The translations under genes were made by a program, and so were the position numbers. From Hormiphora californensis (lineage: Eukaryota; Animalia; Ctenophora), in the NCBI GenBank assembly GCA_020137815.1, contig CM035355.1, positions 6,200,001 through 6,264,000 of the forward strand: a stretch of 64,000 bases of DNA, given 5' to 3'. The stretch's first letter is position 1; the number at the start of each line of letters is the position of its first letter. Positions 63,514 to 64,000 of this stretch are shown here, in pieces. Below the pieces are notes generated by a model. That model had not been told where the DNA came from. It saw only the letters and a list, made by a program, of their open reading frames with translations, and searched no databases.

Positions 63514-64000
63514 GACACAGATTGAGCAATTCTAGGTTTTATATTCCCTTCATGTTGTCTCCATGGTGAATTGGGGCTAAACACAGTAGCACTGCTGTAT
63601 ATTGCGGCACCCAGTACTGTGTAGTGAGTGTGGAATGTAGTGGGATTGTATACGGAACAAGAGAGTATAATATATGGGTAGACGGACAATGCATATTTAG
63701 TGAGCAGGAAACTGGAAAAAAAATGTAATATGTTTTTCTCTTTTTGTGCACATAACAGCATCTCTTGGACATTACGGGACTTTTCCTAGCTGGGGGAATA
63801 TAATACCGCCCGTAGTGTCATGCATTATTGCCAGAAATGTAACTTAGTGATAATTCTTCTGACACGCCTTTCTGGCTAAGGGATTTTTCTGATACTCTGG
63901 AGTTGTTCCGTGAGGAGCAGGGGAGGCCTTGTTATAGAAAGGAACCTTATAATTTCACATGAAGTCCTTGTAAAAGCCACACACTAAATCACAGATCACT

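Overview
Eukaryotic (animal) genomic DNA with compact genes and short GT-AG introns. A ctenophore or similar invertebrate is my guess from gene style only. Genes recognisable by manual splicing: G-protein gamma subunit, a very large SUN-domain (LINC complex) protein, intronless ADAL/MAPDA, metaxin, LRRC57, BLOC1S6/pallidin plus a partial duplicate, a head-to-head pair of BLVRB-like flavin reductases, an IQ-motif protein, PSME3IP1/FAM192A, and a RING/TRAF-zinc-finger E3 ligase. The open 4th intron of that ligase appears to contain an antisense intronless eh1+Q50 homeobox gene and tRNA-Val(AAC). Intergenic and intronic space holds non-autonomous DNA transposons (Chapaev-like foldbacks, hAT, Helentron-like, G-run TIR elements, a 65-68 bp MITE), LINE 3' ends and microsatellites; local duplications give empty-site support for several insertions. 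The consensus is noisy: conserved genes carry single-base indels and about 13.3-16.2 kb is homopolymer-degraded. Top leads: (1) a SUN protein with a giant nucleoplasmic exon carrying repeated YNLRTRK motifs plus an acidic DEDDF motif, a candidate direct nucleosome tether; (2) a co-oriented ADAL-MTX-LRRC57-BLOC1S6 cluster with splice acceptors just before each ATG, a candidate SL trans-spliced operon; (3) the nested homeobox gene with a repeated TAATCGGT-N3-TCACATGAC upstream module. All family assignments are from recognition, not database searches.
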